A stretch of DNA of 64,000 nt, taken from contig SVSG01000008.1 of the NCBI GenBank assembly GCA_015064415.1, forward strand, positions 13,306-77,305, in the 5' to 3' direction. The translations under genes were made by a program, and so were the position numbers. This DNA comes from Oscillospiraceae bacterium. Lineage in GTDB: Bacteria; Bacillota; Clostridia; Oscillospirales; CAG-272. The notes under the pieces were generated by a model. The model saw only the letters and a list, made by a program, of their open reading frames with translations, was not told where the DNA came from and ran no database searches. Shown piece by piece: positions 33,722 to 43,970 of the stretch (positions are counted from its first letter, which is position 1; each line of letters begins with the position of its first letter).

Positions 33722-34732
33722 TTACGCTTCTGTGTTTTCCTTCGAGGGAATGCCGAAATCTGCCTCGTCAAGGTAGTAGATGCGCGTGGCGGCGGGGCGG
33801 CCGTGCATATCCTTGACGATGATGTGGAAGAATACGTCGTTCTCGTCCAGCGGGAATGCCGCCTCGGTGACGCGCTCGTCGCTGTCATAGGGCACCAGAT
33901 TGGAGTCCTTGCGGCGGCCTGCCGTTGCCATAAAGATGCCCTGCGCCTCGCTTGTCTTGATATGTACCACGCCATCTTCGACGTAAAGCTCCTTGATCTC
34001 GGGGCCGGTGGAGGCATAGCAGTTGCCCTTTTGCAACGCCTTGATGATCGCCTTGTGCGACAGCTCCGGCGCCTTGAACATTGTCCACGCCTGGAAGAAG
34101 TGCGTCGGTCGGTGTGTGTCATCCCCCGCGATGGCAACCAAGCGTTTGCCGTTCCACGCCATTTCGCGCATCACGTGCGGGGTGAAATCCATCGCCGAGG
34201 AGCGGTAGGAGCCCCCGTTGATCAGCTCGATGGCACAAAGCCCCTCCAGCTTGTTATAAAGTGCGGAGGAGTTGAGCGACCAGTGCGGGTGGTTGTAAGA
34301 CACGATAAAGCCCGCCTCGTTACCGCGGCGGATCAGCTCGTTGATGTTTTCCAGCGAGAATGGTTCCTGAATGTCCGCAAAATACGGCATATCGGTGGTC
34401 TTGTCGGGGTCGATGGCAAACATATTCAGGTGCATCCCCTCCGTCGAGCTGCCGACGGGAACGGGCCCCTTCAGCAACGCGTGGTAGGGGGCGCGGGCAT
34501 AGTTATGCCGCACGCTTGCCTCAAAGGAGGGAAGGGTGATGAAATCCGCATCATCCAGATGGCGCAGGTCGTGATACTCATTGTGCTCGCTGTATGCATA
34601 AACAGAGTAGCCGTGTGATTTGTAAATTTCCTTGAGCTCCTCGGGTGTGAAGTTGCCGTCGGAAAGCGTGCTGTGGCTGTGCAGATTGCCCTTGTAGAAT
34701 TGCCCGTCACGGGGCAGCAGATAGTGTCTCAT
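33722..34732 (-). CDS. PHP-domain (CehA/McbA-like) metallohydrolase
   Basis: AAGGAG lies 8 nt upstream of the ATG at 34732. GNLHSHSTLSDG PHP motif. Confidence 0.65.
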   Translation of the reverse strand: MRHYLLPRDGQFYKGNLHSHSTLSDGNFTPEELKEIYKSHGYSVYAYSEHNEYHDLRHLDDADFITLPSFEASVRHNYARAPYHALLKGPVPVGSSTEGMHLNMFAIDPDKTTDMPYFADIQEPFSLENINELIRRGNEAGFIVSYNHPHWSLNSSALYNKLEGLCAIELINGGSYRSSAMDFTPHVMREMAWNGKRLVAIAGDDTHRPTHFFQAWTMFKAPELSHKAIIKALQKGNCYASTGPEIKELYVEDGVVHIKTSEAQGIFMATAGRRKDSNLVPYDSDERVTEAAFPLDENDVFFHIIVKDMHGRPAATRIYYLDEADFGIPSKENTEA

Positions 34733-34983
34733 GCTGCATTCTCCTTGCTTTGGGATCAATCAAATTATAGCACCGAAGCGCGTGGGTGTCAAGCCGCAAA
34801 ACCGTAATCGGGCTTCTTTTTTCGGAAAGATCTTTTGCGTGTGGTCGGTGCAAGGAAATGCGGGTGGGGATCACGCGAAAGATATGCCGCGAAAACCAAA
34901 CGAAAGCGAAGGGAAACGGATATGGCAAGCTTTTGGAAATAAGACTGCGGTGACGAAATTTCGGCACCCGTTGCGCGAATTTC

Positions 34984-35012
34984 TTGACAACACAGGGTTT
35001 ATATGCTACAAT
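34984..35012 (+). promoter_or_regulatory. Sigma-A promoter
   Basis: TTGACA (34984-34989), 17 nt, TACAAT (35007-35012). Confidence 0.6.
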
Positions 35013-35049
35013 AAGGCCGTCAACCTTTTTTGGAAAGGAGCTTTACAGC

Positions 35050-35703
35050 ATGTATGCAACTTATCAGATCATAGGCACCGAGCTGATCCCCTGTGAGGTC
35101 TTTTTCGGCGATAGAAGCACGCCCGTGTGGCATCAGGCCAACTGGCACGGGGGGGAGTATGAGGAGTTCGTGCGCAAGAACGGGTGCGGGCATTGCTGTG
35201 CCGCAATGGTGCTCAATCTGCACGGCGTCAAGATCACCCCGCACGAGGAGTTCGCCCTTTGCCGCAAGCTTTGGGGCGTGCCCAACCGCGAGCAGGAGTT
35301 TCCGCAAGGAAATTATCAGACGGTAGCGGGCATTGCCAAGATCCTCAATTATCACGGCGTCAAGGCGGCGTGCTTTGGCGTGCCAACGCGTGAGTATGCG
35401 GCAAAGCATATCGAAGAGGCGTTGCGCGCGGGCAAGCAGGTCATTTTCTGGTCCAACCCGAACGAGGATTTTCCCGAAAATCCCTTTTCCTTTGGCGAGC
35501 ATTACGTGATGGCGGTCGGCTACACGAGAGAGGGCGAGATCCTGGTCGCCAACAGCTCACAGCGCAAGGCGCCGGACGGCGTGCAGCTCGTCGATATCAA
35601 CACCATCGTGCGGGCGCTTTTTCTCGGCTGTGATCCCACGGACAAGACCTGGGGCGAGAAGGGTGATCACATCCACTGCGCGGGCTACGTGGTGGTGGGA
35701 TAA
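35050..35703 (+). CDS. Papain-like cysteine peptidase (C39-like domain) protein
   Basis: AAAGGAG lies 9 nt upstream of the ATG at 35050. NGCGHCCAAMVL catalytic-Cys context and later GEHYVMAVGY (His). Confidence 0.5.
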   Translation: MYATYQIIGTELIPCEVFFGDRSTPVWHQANWHGGEYEEFVRKNGCGHCCAAMVLNLHGVKITPHEEFALCRKLWGVPNREQEFPQGNYQTVAGIAKILNYHGVKAACFGVPTREYAAKHIEEALRAGKQVIFWSNPNEDFPENPFSFGEHYVMAVGYTREGEILVANSSQRKAPDGVQLVDINTIVRALFLGCDPTDKTWGEKGDHIHCAGYVVVG

Positions 35704-35713
35704 TCCGTATAAA

Positions 35714-35747
35714 GCGAAAAAGGAGTGCTGTAGCACTCCTTTTTCGC
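35714..35747 (+). terminator. Intrinsic terminator
   Basis: gcgaaaaaggagtgc...gcactcctttttcgc. Confidence 0.6.
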
Positions 35748-35871
35748 TTAAATTGTTGAGAAAATGAGCGATCTGCAAAAAAGTGTTGCGCATTTTGTTG
35801 CGCATATGTTATAATAATTTGTAGCTACGAACTATTTTCAGCTGACTTAAAACAAAAAACGGGAGGGCAGG

Positions 35872-38800
35872 ATGAAAAAATTTATCAGACAAGCAGCGCT
35901 TTTGTGCCTGTTTTTTGTTTGCTTGCTTGCCCTCTCAACTTTTGGGGTGTTTGCCGCCGAGGGGAGCGGGGAAGCGGTGCGCGCGGGAAGCGTGCAACGC
36001 ATACAGGCAGGGAATCTTGCAAGCGCGGTGGCGGCTTATCGGCAAAGCCACCCCGACGCCGCACAGCACAAGATCACCGCCAATCACAAGGTGGTGTATG
36101 CCGACGATGCTTATTTTAAGGATCACGTGAACGCCACGACAAGCTACTTTTCCTACTATGCCCATACGGGTGGCAATCAGCTGCGGGCAACGCTTCGCTC
36201 GCTTGGCATCAACTGTCAGATGATCTCGGACAAGACCGCCGCAAGCGGCCCCGAAATCTTGGTTGGCGTTGTCGATCGCCCCGCGCAAAGCGAGTTTTTG
36301 CCGCTGGTTGACGTAAACGAGTTCGGCATTATGGTGACACAGAATCACATCATCCTGCTTGCGTGGCAGGATGCGGCGCTGAAGGTGTGCTTGGATACCT
36401 TCACCGCCTATCTCGGCGCAGGCACGCTCAGCTTGCCCGTCGGCTTTTGTGCCGTAGGTGTAGCAAATGCGCGCTGGGCGGTGGATTTTGAACGCCCCAC
36501 GGGCGCGGGTATCTCGCTCACGGCGGGGCAGTTCGTCAACGATGACTCTTTGCAATTTCTCTACACGGGCGCGGGCGTGACGCGCGCGGCGTTCCTTTCC
36601 TATTGTACCCGACTGACGGACGGCGGCTTCACGCTCGTGTGGCAAAATACCATCGGTAATAACGAGTTCAGAATGTACCAAAACACTGCCAAGGGGATCG
36701 CGCTGTATGCGGCGTATAACGATTTCGCCTACGGGGCGGAATTTGACGCGTTGTATCAAAGCAATTATGGCACGGCGGACGATCATTTAGAGCGAAAATT
36801 TGAGAAATGTATTCGTCTTGTTTCCTCGCCGCTTTCCTCTGTGGCAGTGGGCGGTGCAAATATCCATACACAGCAGCCCTACCAAAAGGTGACGGACAGC
36901 TATATGACCACGTTGGGGATCGCCTCCGAGCAGGTTGGTGCTGGCTACGTGATCCTTTTGGAGGACGGGCGCTTCGTCATCATTGACGGCGGCTACGTTT
37001 CAAGCAAAAAGAACGGTGTTTATCCCGAATCCAAGGCGATCTGGGATGCGATGCTGGCACTTTATAAAAAGGCATACGGCAACAGTGCCGTGCCCACGGC
37101 GCAAAGACCGTTGCACGTGGCCGCGTGGTATCTGACACACGCCCATTCCGATCATTATTACGCTTTTTTGAATATGGCGGAGATGATTGGTGCCGACAGC
37201 GCGAAAAAGGCAGTCTTCAAAATGGACTACGTGATCGCCAACCTGCCGGGGGAGTATAGTTTGTTTGACAATACCTCTACCAAATGGGGCTACGGCAACA
37301 GCCAAGCGATCCACAACATGAAAAGCAAGGTGGGTAATTTTACCTTCCTCAAGGTGCACGCGGGGCAAAGGATTCACTTTGCCAACCTCACGATCGAGGT
37401 GCTGATGACCTATGAGGATCATCTGCCCTTCCGCATCATCAACACCAATGACACTTGCACCGTGACGCGCTTTCATTTTCAGTATAGCGGTGCTTCCCAA
37501 AACAGTACCGTGACGGCACTTTCCGGTGAGGCAAGGACAGTCACTTTTCTTGGTGACTCCTGGCGTCTCTCCGGCCGCTATCTGTGCGCAATGTACGGCG
37601 GTTACCTGAAATCCGACGTCTCGCAGATCGCCCATCACGGCAACATTGGCTGCGAAAAAGAGCTGTATGACGCCATTTCTCCCACCGCAGTGTTGTTTAA
37701 CAACGAGCTGAGCTCGTTCAGAGCGTACGTTTGGGGCTCTACCACGAGCACCAATCCCGAAAAAAAGCACGCGTATGCGGTGGATCGATACGTAGTAAGA
37801 GAGTTGACCTCCGTGGTGTACGTATGGGCTGCGGTGGCAGGGAGTTATATCACGCTGCATTTTACCGAGGCGGGGCCGCAGTATGAAGCGGCTTTCGACC
37901 TGCTTACGGGGAAAACGGTCACCTACACCGATATCAATAAGGCCTCCTCGAGTCAAAACGGATTTGCCAAGCGCGCACACACGCACACCTATAGTGCGGT
38001 TTGGAAGTACAATGCGCAGAAGCATTGGAAGGAGTGCGCTTGCGGTGCTCAGAGTGCAGTCGCCGCACACAGCTACGGCGCGTGGGAAAAGCACGATGCC
38101 GCACAGCACAAGCGGGCTTGCGCGTGCGAAAATGTGGAATATGCCGCGCACAACTGGAACAGCGGCACGATTACAGTACATCCCTCGCACACCACGTTCG
38201 GTGAAAAGACGTTTACTTGTAATGATTGCGGCGAAAGCTACACCGAGGAGATCCCCAAGCTGACCGAACACAGCTACGGCGCGTGGGAAAAGTATAACAA
38301 AACACAGCACAAGCGGGCTTGCGCGTGCGAGGATGTGGAGTATGCCGCGCACGATTGGAACAGCGGCGCAATTACAGTACATCCCTCGCACACCACGCTC
38401 GGCGAAAAGACCTTCACTTGTAATGATTGCGGCGAAAGCTACACCGAGGAGATCCCCAAGCTGACCGCACACGAGTACGGCGCATGGGAGAAACATAGCG
38501 CCATACAGCACAAACGTGTGTGTGTTTGCAAGGACGTAGAGTATGCCGCGCACGATTGGAACAGCGCGATCACCGTATATCCCTCACATACCACGCTTGG
38601 TGAAAAGGCCTTCACTTGTAATGACTGCGGCGAAAGCTACACCGAAGAGATTCCAAAGTTGACCGAGCACAGCTATGGCGCGTGGGAAAAGTATAACAAA
38701 GCACAGCACAAGCGGGCTTGCGCGTGCGAGGACGTGGAATATGCCGCGCACAACTGGGATAACGGCGTGATCACCGTGCATCCCTCGCACACCACGCTTG

Positions 38801-39948
38801 GCGAAAAGGCCTTCACTTGTAATGACTGCGGTGAGAGCTACACCGAAGAGATCCCCAAACTGACCGAACATGAGTACGGTGCGTGGGAAAAGTATAACAA
38901 AGCACAGCACAAGCGGGCTTGCGCGTGCGAGGACGTGGAATATGCCGCGCACAACTGGGATAACGGCGTGATCACCGTACATCCCTCGCACACTACGCTT
39001 GGTGAAAAGGCCTTCACTTGTAATGATTGCGGCGAAAGCTACACCGAGGAGATCCCCAAGCTGACCGAGCATAGCTACGGCGCGTGGGAAAAGCACGATG
39101 CTACACAGCACAAGTGCGTGTGCGTTTGTGAGGACGTGGAATATGCCGCGCACAACTGGAACAGCGCGATTACCGTGCATCCCTCGCACACCACGCTTGG
39201 TGAAAAGACGTTTACTTGTAATGACTGCGGCGAAAGCTACACCGAAGAGATTCCAAAGTTGACCGAGCACAGCTACGGCGCGTGGGAAAAGCACGATGCC
39301 ACACAGCACAAGCGCACGTGCATTTGTGAGGACATGGAGTACGCCGCGCACAACTGGGATAACGGCGTGATCACCGTGCATCCCTCGCACACTACGCTTG
39401 GCGAAAAGACCTTCACTTGTAATGCTTGTGGAGAAAGCTACAGCGAGGAGATCCCCAAGCTGACCGAGCATACCTATGGCGCGTGGGAAAAGTATAACAA
39501 AGCACAGCACAAGCGGGCTTGCGCGTGCGAGGATGTGGAGTACGCCGCGCACGATTGGAACAGCGCAATCACCGTATATCCCTCGCACACCACGTTCGGT
39601 GAAAAGACCTTCGCTTGTGATGACTGCGGCGAAAGCTACACCGAGGAGATCCCCAAGCTGACCGAACACGAGTACGGTGAGTGGGTAATCGTAAAGGAAG
39701 CCGGCGTCGGTGTGACGGGCATACGGGAAAAGTCCTGCGCTTGCGGTCATAAGGTAGAGGAAAGCATTCCTGCATTGCAGGAAGACTCTGCGGGGGCAAC
39801 CAATCCCCCAAATGACAGCACTCCTCCTGCAGACGGGGAAGAAAATCTCGGCGCAGGGGCGATCGTCGGCATCGTTGTCGGTACGATCGGCATAGGCGCT
39901 TGTCTGTATTGGTTCGTTTTCCGAAAGATAAGGCGCTCCCGTTTTTAA
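35872..39948 (+). CDS. Large secreted/anchored protein: signal peptide, MBL-fold (ComEC-like) domain, eight Cys/His-rich tandem repeats, C-terminal TM anchor
   Basis: 1358 aa. Signal peptide ...FGVFAAEG. MBL motifs IIDGGY, LTHAHSDHY, IAHHGN. Eight 66-67-aa repeats. C-terminal GAIVGIVVGTIGIGACLYWFVF followed by RKIRRSR. Confidence 0.8.
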   Translation: MKKFIRQAALLCLFFVCLLALSTFGVFAAEGSGEAVRAGSVQRIQAGNLASAVAAYRQSHPDAAQHKITANHKVVYADDAYFKDHVNATTSYFSYYAHTGGNQLRATLRSLGINCQMISDKTAASGPEILVGVVDRPAQSEFLPLVDVNEFGIMVTQNHIILLAWQDAALKVCLDTFTAYLGAGTLSLPVGFCAVGVANARWAVDFERPTGAGISLTAGQFVNDDSLQFLYTGAGVTRAAFLSYCTRLTDGGFTLVWQNTIGNNEFRMYQNTAKGIALYAAYNDFAYGAEFDALYQSNYGTADDHLERKFEKCIRLVSSPLSSVAVGGANIHTQQPYQKVTDSYMTTLGIASEQVGAGYVILLEDGRFVIIDGGYVSSKKNGVYPESKAIWDAMLALYKKAYGNSAVPTAQRPLHVAAWYLTHAHSDHYYAFLNMAEMIGADSAKKAVFKMDYVIANLPGEYSLFDNTSTKWGYGNSQAIHNMKSKVGNFTFLKVHAGQRIHFANLTIEVLMTYEDHLPFRIINTNDTCTVTRFHFQYSGASQNSTVTALSGEARTVTFLGDSWRLSGRYLCAMYGGYLKSDVSQIAHHGNIGCEKELYDAISPTAVLFNNELSSFRAYVWGSTTSTNPEKKHAYAVDRYVVRELTSVVYVWAAVAGSYITLHFTEAGPQYEAAFDLLTGKTVTYTDINKASSSQNGFAKRAHTHTYSAVWKYNAQKHWKECACGAQSAVAAHSYGAWEKHDAAQHKRACACENVEYAAHNWNSGTITVHPSHTTFGEKTFTCNDCGESYTEEIPKLTEHSYGAWEKYNKTQHKRACACEDVEYAAHDWNSGAITVHPSHTTLGEKTFTCNDCGESYTEEIPKLTAHEYGAWEKHSAIQHKRVCVCKDVEYAAHDWNSAITVYPSHTTLGEKAFTCNDCGESYTEEIPKLTEHSYGAWEKYNKAQHKRACACEDVEYAAHNWDNGVITVHPSHTTLGEKAFTCNDCGESYTEEIPKLTEHEYGAWEKYNKAQHKRACACEDVEYAAHNWDNGVITVHPSHTTLGEKAFTCNDCGESYTEEIPKLTEHSYGAWEKHDATQHKCVCVCEDVEYAAHNWNSAITVHPSHTTLGEKTFTCNDCGESYTEEIPKLTEHSYGAWEKHDATQHKRTCICEDMEYAAHNWDNGVITVHPSHTTLGEKTFTCNACGESYSEEIPKLTEHTYGAWEKYNKAQHKRACACEDVEYAAHDWNSAITVYPSHTTFGEKTFACDDCGESYTEEIPKLTEHEYGEWVIVKEAGVGVTGIREKSCACGHKVEESIPALQEDSAGATNPPNDSTPPADGEENLGAGAIVGIVVGTIGIGACLYWFVFRKIRRSRF
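38068..39666 (+). repeat. Eight in-frame tandem repeats of 198-201 bp inside the surface-protein gene
   Basis: Unit H[ST]YGAWEK...QHKRACACEDVEYAAH[ND]W...ITVHPSHTTLGEKTFTCNDCGESYTEEIPKLTE. Copies 4 and 5 are nearly identical at the DNA level. Confidence 0.9.
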
Positions 39949-39953
39949 TATAG

Positions 39954-39994
39954 AAAAGGCACTTGCGGAATCATCCTTCCGCAAGTGCCTTTTT
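39954..39994. terminator. Bidirectional terminator between convergent genes
   Basis: aaaaggcacttgcggaa-tcatcc-ttccgcaagtgcctttt. Confidence 0.7.
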
Positions 39995-40002
39995 GGTAAA
40001 AT

Positions 40003-41400
40003 TCAATTTTGGGCTTCATTTCCAACCAGCTTGCGCACCCAGGTGCCTTTTTTCAAAAGGAAGTGGGCAAGGAGGCATTTGACGATCTCGGTCGCCTGGC
40101 AGATGACGAAGATCACGTGGATGCTCCAGGAGGTGAAATAGGCAAGAAGTGCGCACACGGGGATGACGACCACCCACATGAAAACGCTGTCCATCAGCAC
40201 CGTGATCATCACCTGCCCACCCGAGCGCAGGGTGTAATAGGCGGCGAAGCTGTAGGCGTAGAAGGGGAGCGCGGCGGCACAGATCAGCATCATATAGGTG
40301 GCAAGGTCGCGCACGGCATCGGTGGTGTTGTAGATCTGCGGGAAGAAGAATGCACCACCCGCAAACAAAAGGGCAAACGCGGCGGCGGCAAAGACGATGA
40401 AGGCGATCATTTTGTTGGCGGTGTCCTTCGCTTGCTTCAATTCACCCGCGCCAAGCTCACGCCCGACGATGATGGCAAGGGCGTTTCCAAGCGCCATGTA
40501 CGCCACGCTGATCACGTTTTGCAGGGTGGAGCTGATGTTCAGCGCGGCCACGGCGTCAAGCCCGCGCACCGAGTAGCATTGGTTGCGCATCGTGATCGCC
40601 AGTGACCAGAAAAATTCGTTTGCCATCAGCGGCAGCCCCTTCAGCGCGATGCGCACGGCAAGTGCGCGCGGAACGCGAAAAGAGTGATACGCTCCCCGCA
40701 AATACGGAAATTTGGCGGTATGCGTGTGCGCCCATATCACAAGTAAGAGCAGCTCCGCAAAGCGGGAGATCGTGGTAGCGATGGCGGCGCCCGCCACGCC
40801 CATGGCAGGCGCACCGAGATAGCCGAAGATCAAGATCAGGTTCAGTAAAAAATTGGTGGCGACGGCCAGCACGCTTGCCAGCATGGGGATCACGGTCTCG
40901 CCCGTTTCGCGCATGGTGGAGGCGTAAAGCTGTGAGAGGGCGTAGGGCAGAAGGCCAATCAGCAACAGCTGCAGATAGTCCAGCCCCTTTTGCCGTGTCA
41001 GGGCAAGATCGCCGCTATTTTCGCTTGTGTGCAAAAACAGATCGATGAACTCCCCGCCGAATAGCAGAAAAAGCAGGGTGCCCACCACGCCGACAACAAG
41101 GCAGGTGAGAAATTTGAAGCGGAAGGTGTGGCGCACGCCGTCGGTGTCGCCGCTGCCGTGATATTGCGCGGTGAAGATGCCCGCCGCCGAAACGGCACCG
41201 AACACCAGCAGGTTGAAAATAAAGGTGAATTGGTTGACGATGGAAACACCGGACATGGCCTCGGTCCCAAGGCGCCCGACCATGATATTGTCCAGCATGT
41301 TGACGAAATTCGTGATGCCGTTCTGAATCATGATGGGGATGGCGATGGCCAGCGCGTGGCGGTAAAACCGCTTGTCTCCGATATATTTTTTAAAGGTCAT
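40003..41400 (-). CDS. MATE family efflux transporter
   Basis: Start at MTFKKYIGDKRFYRHALAIAIPIMIQNGITNFVNMLDNIMVGRLG (AAGGAAG RBS). 12-TM-type hydrophobic profile. Confidence 0.8.
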   Translation of the reverse strand: MTFKKYIGDKRFYRHALAIAIPIMIQNGITNFVNMLDNIMVGRLGTEAMSGVSIVNQFTFIFNLLVFGAVSAAGIFTAQYHGSGDTDGVRHTFRFKFLTCLVVGVVGTLLFLLFGGEFIDLFLHTSENSGDLALTRQKGLDYLQLLLIGLLPYALSQLYASTMRETGETVIPMLASVLAVATNFLLNLILIFGYLGAPAMGVAGAAIATTISRFAELLLLVIWAHTHTAKFPYLRGAYHSFRVPRALAVRIALKGLPLMANEFFWSLAITMRNQCYSVRGLDAVAALNISSTLQNVISVAYMALGNALAIIVGRELGAGELKQAKDTANKMIAFIVFAAAAFALLFAGGAFFFPQIYNTTDAVRDLATYMMLICAAALPFYAYSFAAYYTLRSGGQVMITVLMDSVFMWVVVIPVCALLAYFTSWSIHVIFVICQATEIVKCLLAHFLLKKGTWVRKLVGNEAQN

Positions 41401-41702
41401 AGGTCGCTTCCTTTCTTTACTGTATGGCATTGTACCATATCGCGCGAAAAAAAGCAAGTCCCCGCGGCAGATTTCGGCAAATGCGGCACCGTTGGCGGCT
41501 TTTCTTTTGAAAAAGTACCCGGATTTACGGTCGAAAGCCCCCGATTTTGGGATATTTTTGTTGTTCAAAAAAAATATTGCAAATTTTCGAAAAAAGGGTT
41601 GACTTTTGCGGCGGGGGGTGGTAAACTTTGCGTAGCAGAGGGGTCTCGCCACTGCTGTGACAATAAAATAAGGGGGAGCCGCTACGGCTGTAACCGGAAC
41701 TT

Positions 41703-43958
41703 ATGGACACTACGTTTCTTGTCAACCAGAAATTGAGCGAAGCTCAGCTGCAGGCCATTCGCTCGCTTGAAAACGAGAACGAGCCCGTGCTGTTCGCCAT
41801 TGTGGGGGATATATCCCACAAGGCCAAGTACGGAAAGGTGGCATTGCTTGCCACGTGTTCACACCTTTTCACCTACGATCTTGAAAGTGGAGAGGTTTCC
41901 CGTCGTTTTGCCTTGGAGGAGATCGAGGAGATCCTTACCAAGCGCATGTACGGCAACGGTATGATGCGCGTCCGCTTGACGGACGGCAGCGTTCACGATC
42001 TGTTCCGCTTTACGTTTGCCGTAGCGGCTCTTTGTGATGCTGTGCGCTACTACGTCACCCAGATCCGTGAAGGGGATGGCGTGGAAAATGCCGTGAAGAT
42101 GATGGAAAGCGTGTATGACAAAATGCTTTCCGTTTGTCCGCGCTGCGGCCGCACGCTTTCTGCCCCCGGGGTGCCCTGCATCCATTGTATGAAGAAGGGC
42201 AGATTGCTCAAAAAGCTGGGCGGATATCTGAAGCCCGAGGTCGCGGTGCTGATCCTTTCGGTGCTGATGTCGGTGATCACGACCTCGCTTGCCTTGACGC
42301 CGCCGCTTCTGACAAAAACATTGGTGGACGAGGTGATCCCCGCAAAGGATGCCAACTTCCTCTTTTACATCGTGCTGGCACTGGTCGGCATTTACTTCGT
42401 GCGCTACGGACTTTCGGGCGTGCGCGGTTATATCATGCGCGCCGCGGGAAACCGCGTGGTGGCACGTATTCGCCGTGACGTGTACGAAAAAGCACAGCAT
42501 TTGCCGATGCGCTTTTATGACAAGACCTCCACGGGTGCCGTCATCAACCGCATCAGCAGTGATACCACCACCATTCAGGCCTTCATGCTGCGTATCACGC
42601 AGGAGGTCGTGGTGCAGTTCTTTAAGATGATCGGCATCGTGATCGTGATGCTGATCCTTAACCCCAAGCTGACGCTGTTTTCTCTTGTGCCCGTACCGAT
42701 CGTGGCGATCGGCTCGCGCATATTCCGCAAAAAGATCGCACCCTTTTACCGCCGCATCTGGCGCCGCTCGGCGGCGGTGACCTCGGTGCTGACGGATACC
42801 ATCCCCGGCATCCGCGTGATCAAGTCCTTCACCAACGAGAAAAATGCCACAGACCGCTTCGGCGCGTGCGTGGAGGAATGGCGCGTGACGGATACCAAGG
42901 CGGGCAAGATTCTCAACGCCTATCCCGCGCTTGTCAACTGCCTCATTGCGCTTGGCAGTGTGATCATCTGGGCCATGGGCGGCACGCTGGTGATGAACGG
43001 CTCGTCCGACATTTCCGTGGGTCTTTTGGTCTCCTTCATCTCCTACGCCACCATGTTCTATGAGCCCGTGAACTTCTTCGCCAACCTGTCCGATTCGATG
43101 CAAAGCGCCATGGCCTCGACCGAGCGCATTATGGACATTCTGGATGCCGAGCCCGAGCATGATTTCGGCAAGGGCAACAAGAACGCCAATATCGGTGGCC
43201 GCATCGAGTTCAAGAACGTCAACTTCTCCTTTGACCGCACCAAAAAGGTGCTCAAGGACATCAATCTTGTCATTGAGCCCGGTGACGTGGTTGGCATCGT
43301 CGGTACGACGGGCTCCGGCAAGTCCACACTGATCAACCTTCTGTTACGCTATTACGATCATTATGAAGGGCAGATCACCGTGGACGGCGTGGATATCCGC
43401 GACATCGACATGGAATATTACCGCTCGAATATCGGCTACGTACAGCAGGAGCCGATGATGTTCCACGATACCATTTACAACAATATCTGCTACGGCAACG
43501 GCGAGTTCTCGGTGGATGAGGTCATCAACGCCGCCGATATCGCCAACGCGCACGAGTTTATCGTGCGCCAGCCCGACGGGTACGATTCCGTGCTCGGCGA
43601 GCGCGGCACCGATCTTTCGGGTGGCGAGCGCCAGCGCGTGTCGATCGCCCGCGCGATGCTGCGCAACCCCAAAATGCTGGTGTTTGACGAGGCCACGGCC
43701 GCCGTGGACTCCGAGACCGAGCGCCTGATTCAGGACGCCATTGAGAATATGATCACCGGTCGCACCACGCTGATGATCGCGCACCGCCTTTCCACGCTGG
43801 CAAAGGCCAACAAGATCGTGGTGGTGGATAACGGTCACATTCTGGAGTGCGGCACGCCGCAGGAGCTAATGGAGCAAAAGGGCAAATATTACAAGCTGGT
43901 GCAGATCCAGTCCATGTCGGATCAGATCGCGGAAAGCCGCCGCGCCGAGCGTCTGTAA
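41703..43958 (+). CDS. ABC exporter (fused TMD-NBD, MsbA-like) with a ~150-aa N-terminal extension containing a CxxC...CxxC zinc ribbon
   Basis: Walker A GTTGSGKST, signature LSGGERQRVSIARA, Walker B LVFDEATAAVD. N-terminal CPRCGRTLSAPGVPCIHC. Confidence 0.8.
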   Translation: MDTTFLVNQKLSEAQLQAIRSLENENEPVLFAIVGDISHKAKYGKVALLATCSHLFTYDLESGEVSRRFALEEIEEILTKRMYGNGMMRVRLTDGSVHDLFRFTFAVAALCDAVRYYVTQIREGDGVENAVKMMESVYDKMLSVCPRCGRTLSAPGVPCIHCMKKGRLLKKLGGYLKPEVAVLILSVLMSVITTSLALTPPLLTKTLVDEVIPAKDANFLFYIVLALVGIYFVRYGLSGVRGYIMRAAGNRVVARIRRDVYEKAQHLPMRFYDKTSTGAVINRISSDTTTIQAFMLRITQEVVVQFFKMIGIVIVMLILNPKLTLFSLVPVPIVAIGSRIFRKKIAPFYRRIWRRSAAVTSVLTDTIPGIRVIKSFTNEKNATDRFGACVEEWRVTDTKAGKILNAYPALVNCLIALGSVIIWAMGGTLVMNGSSDISVGLLVSFISYATMFYEPVNFFANLSDSMQSAMASTERIMDILDAEPEHDFGKGNKNANIGGRIEFKNVNFSFDRTKKVLKDINLVIEPGDVVGIVGTTGSGKSTLINLLLRYYDHYEGQITVDGVDIRDIDMEYYRSNIGYVQQEPMMFHDTIYNNICYGNGEFSVDEVINAADIANAHEFIVRQPDGYDSVLGERGTDLSGGERQRVSIARAMLRNPKMLVFDEATAAVDSETERLIQDAIENMITGRTTLMIAHRLSTLAKANKIVVVDNGHILECGTPQELMEQKGKYYKLVQIQSMSDQIAESRRAERL

Positions 43959-43970
43959 GGAGGTGCCGAA

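Noticed and set aside
38068-39666. Regularly spaced ~200-bp repeats, considered as a possible CRISPR-like array.
   Set aside because: The period is far too long, there are no unique spacers, and the repeats are in frame inside a continuous ORF encoding a coherent Cys/His-rich protein repeat.
37000-39984. Two long minus-strand ORFs (517 and 466 aa) with internal periodicity.
   Set aside because: They are antisense reading frames through the 198-201-bp tandem repeats of the surface-protein gene. Their periodicity simply mirrors the plus-strand repeats.
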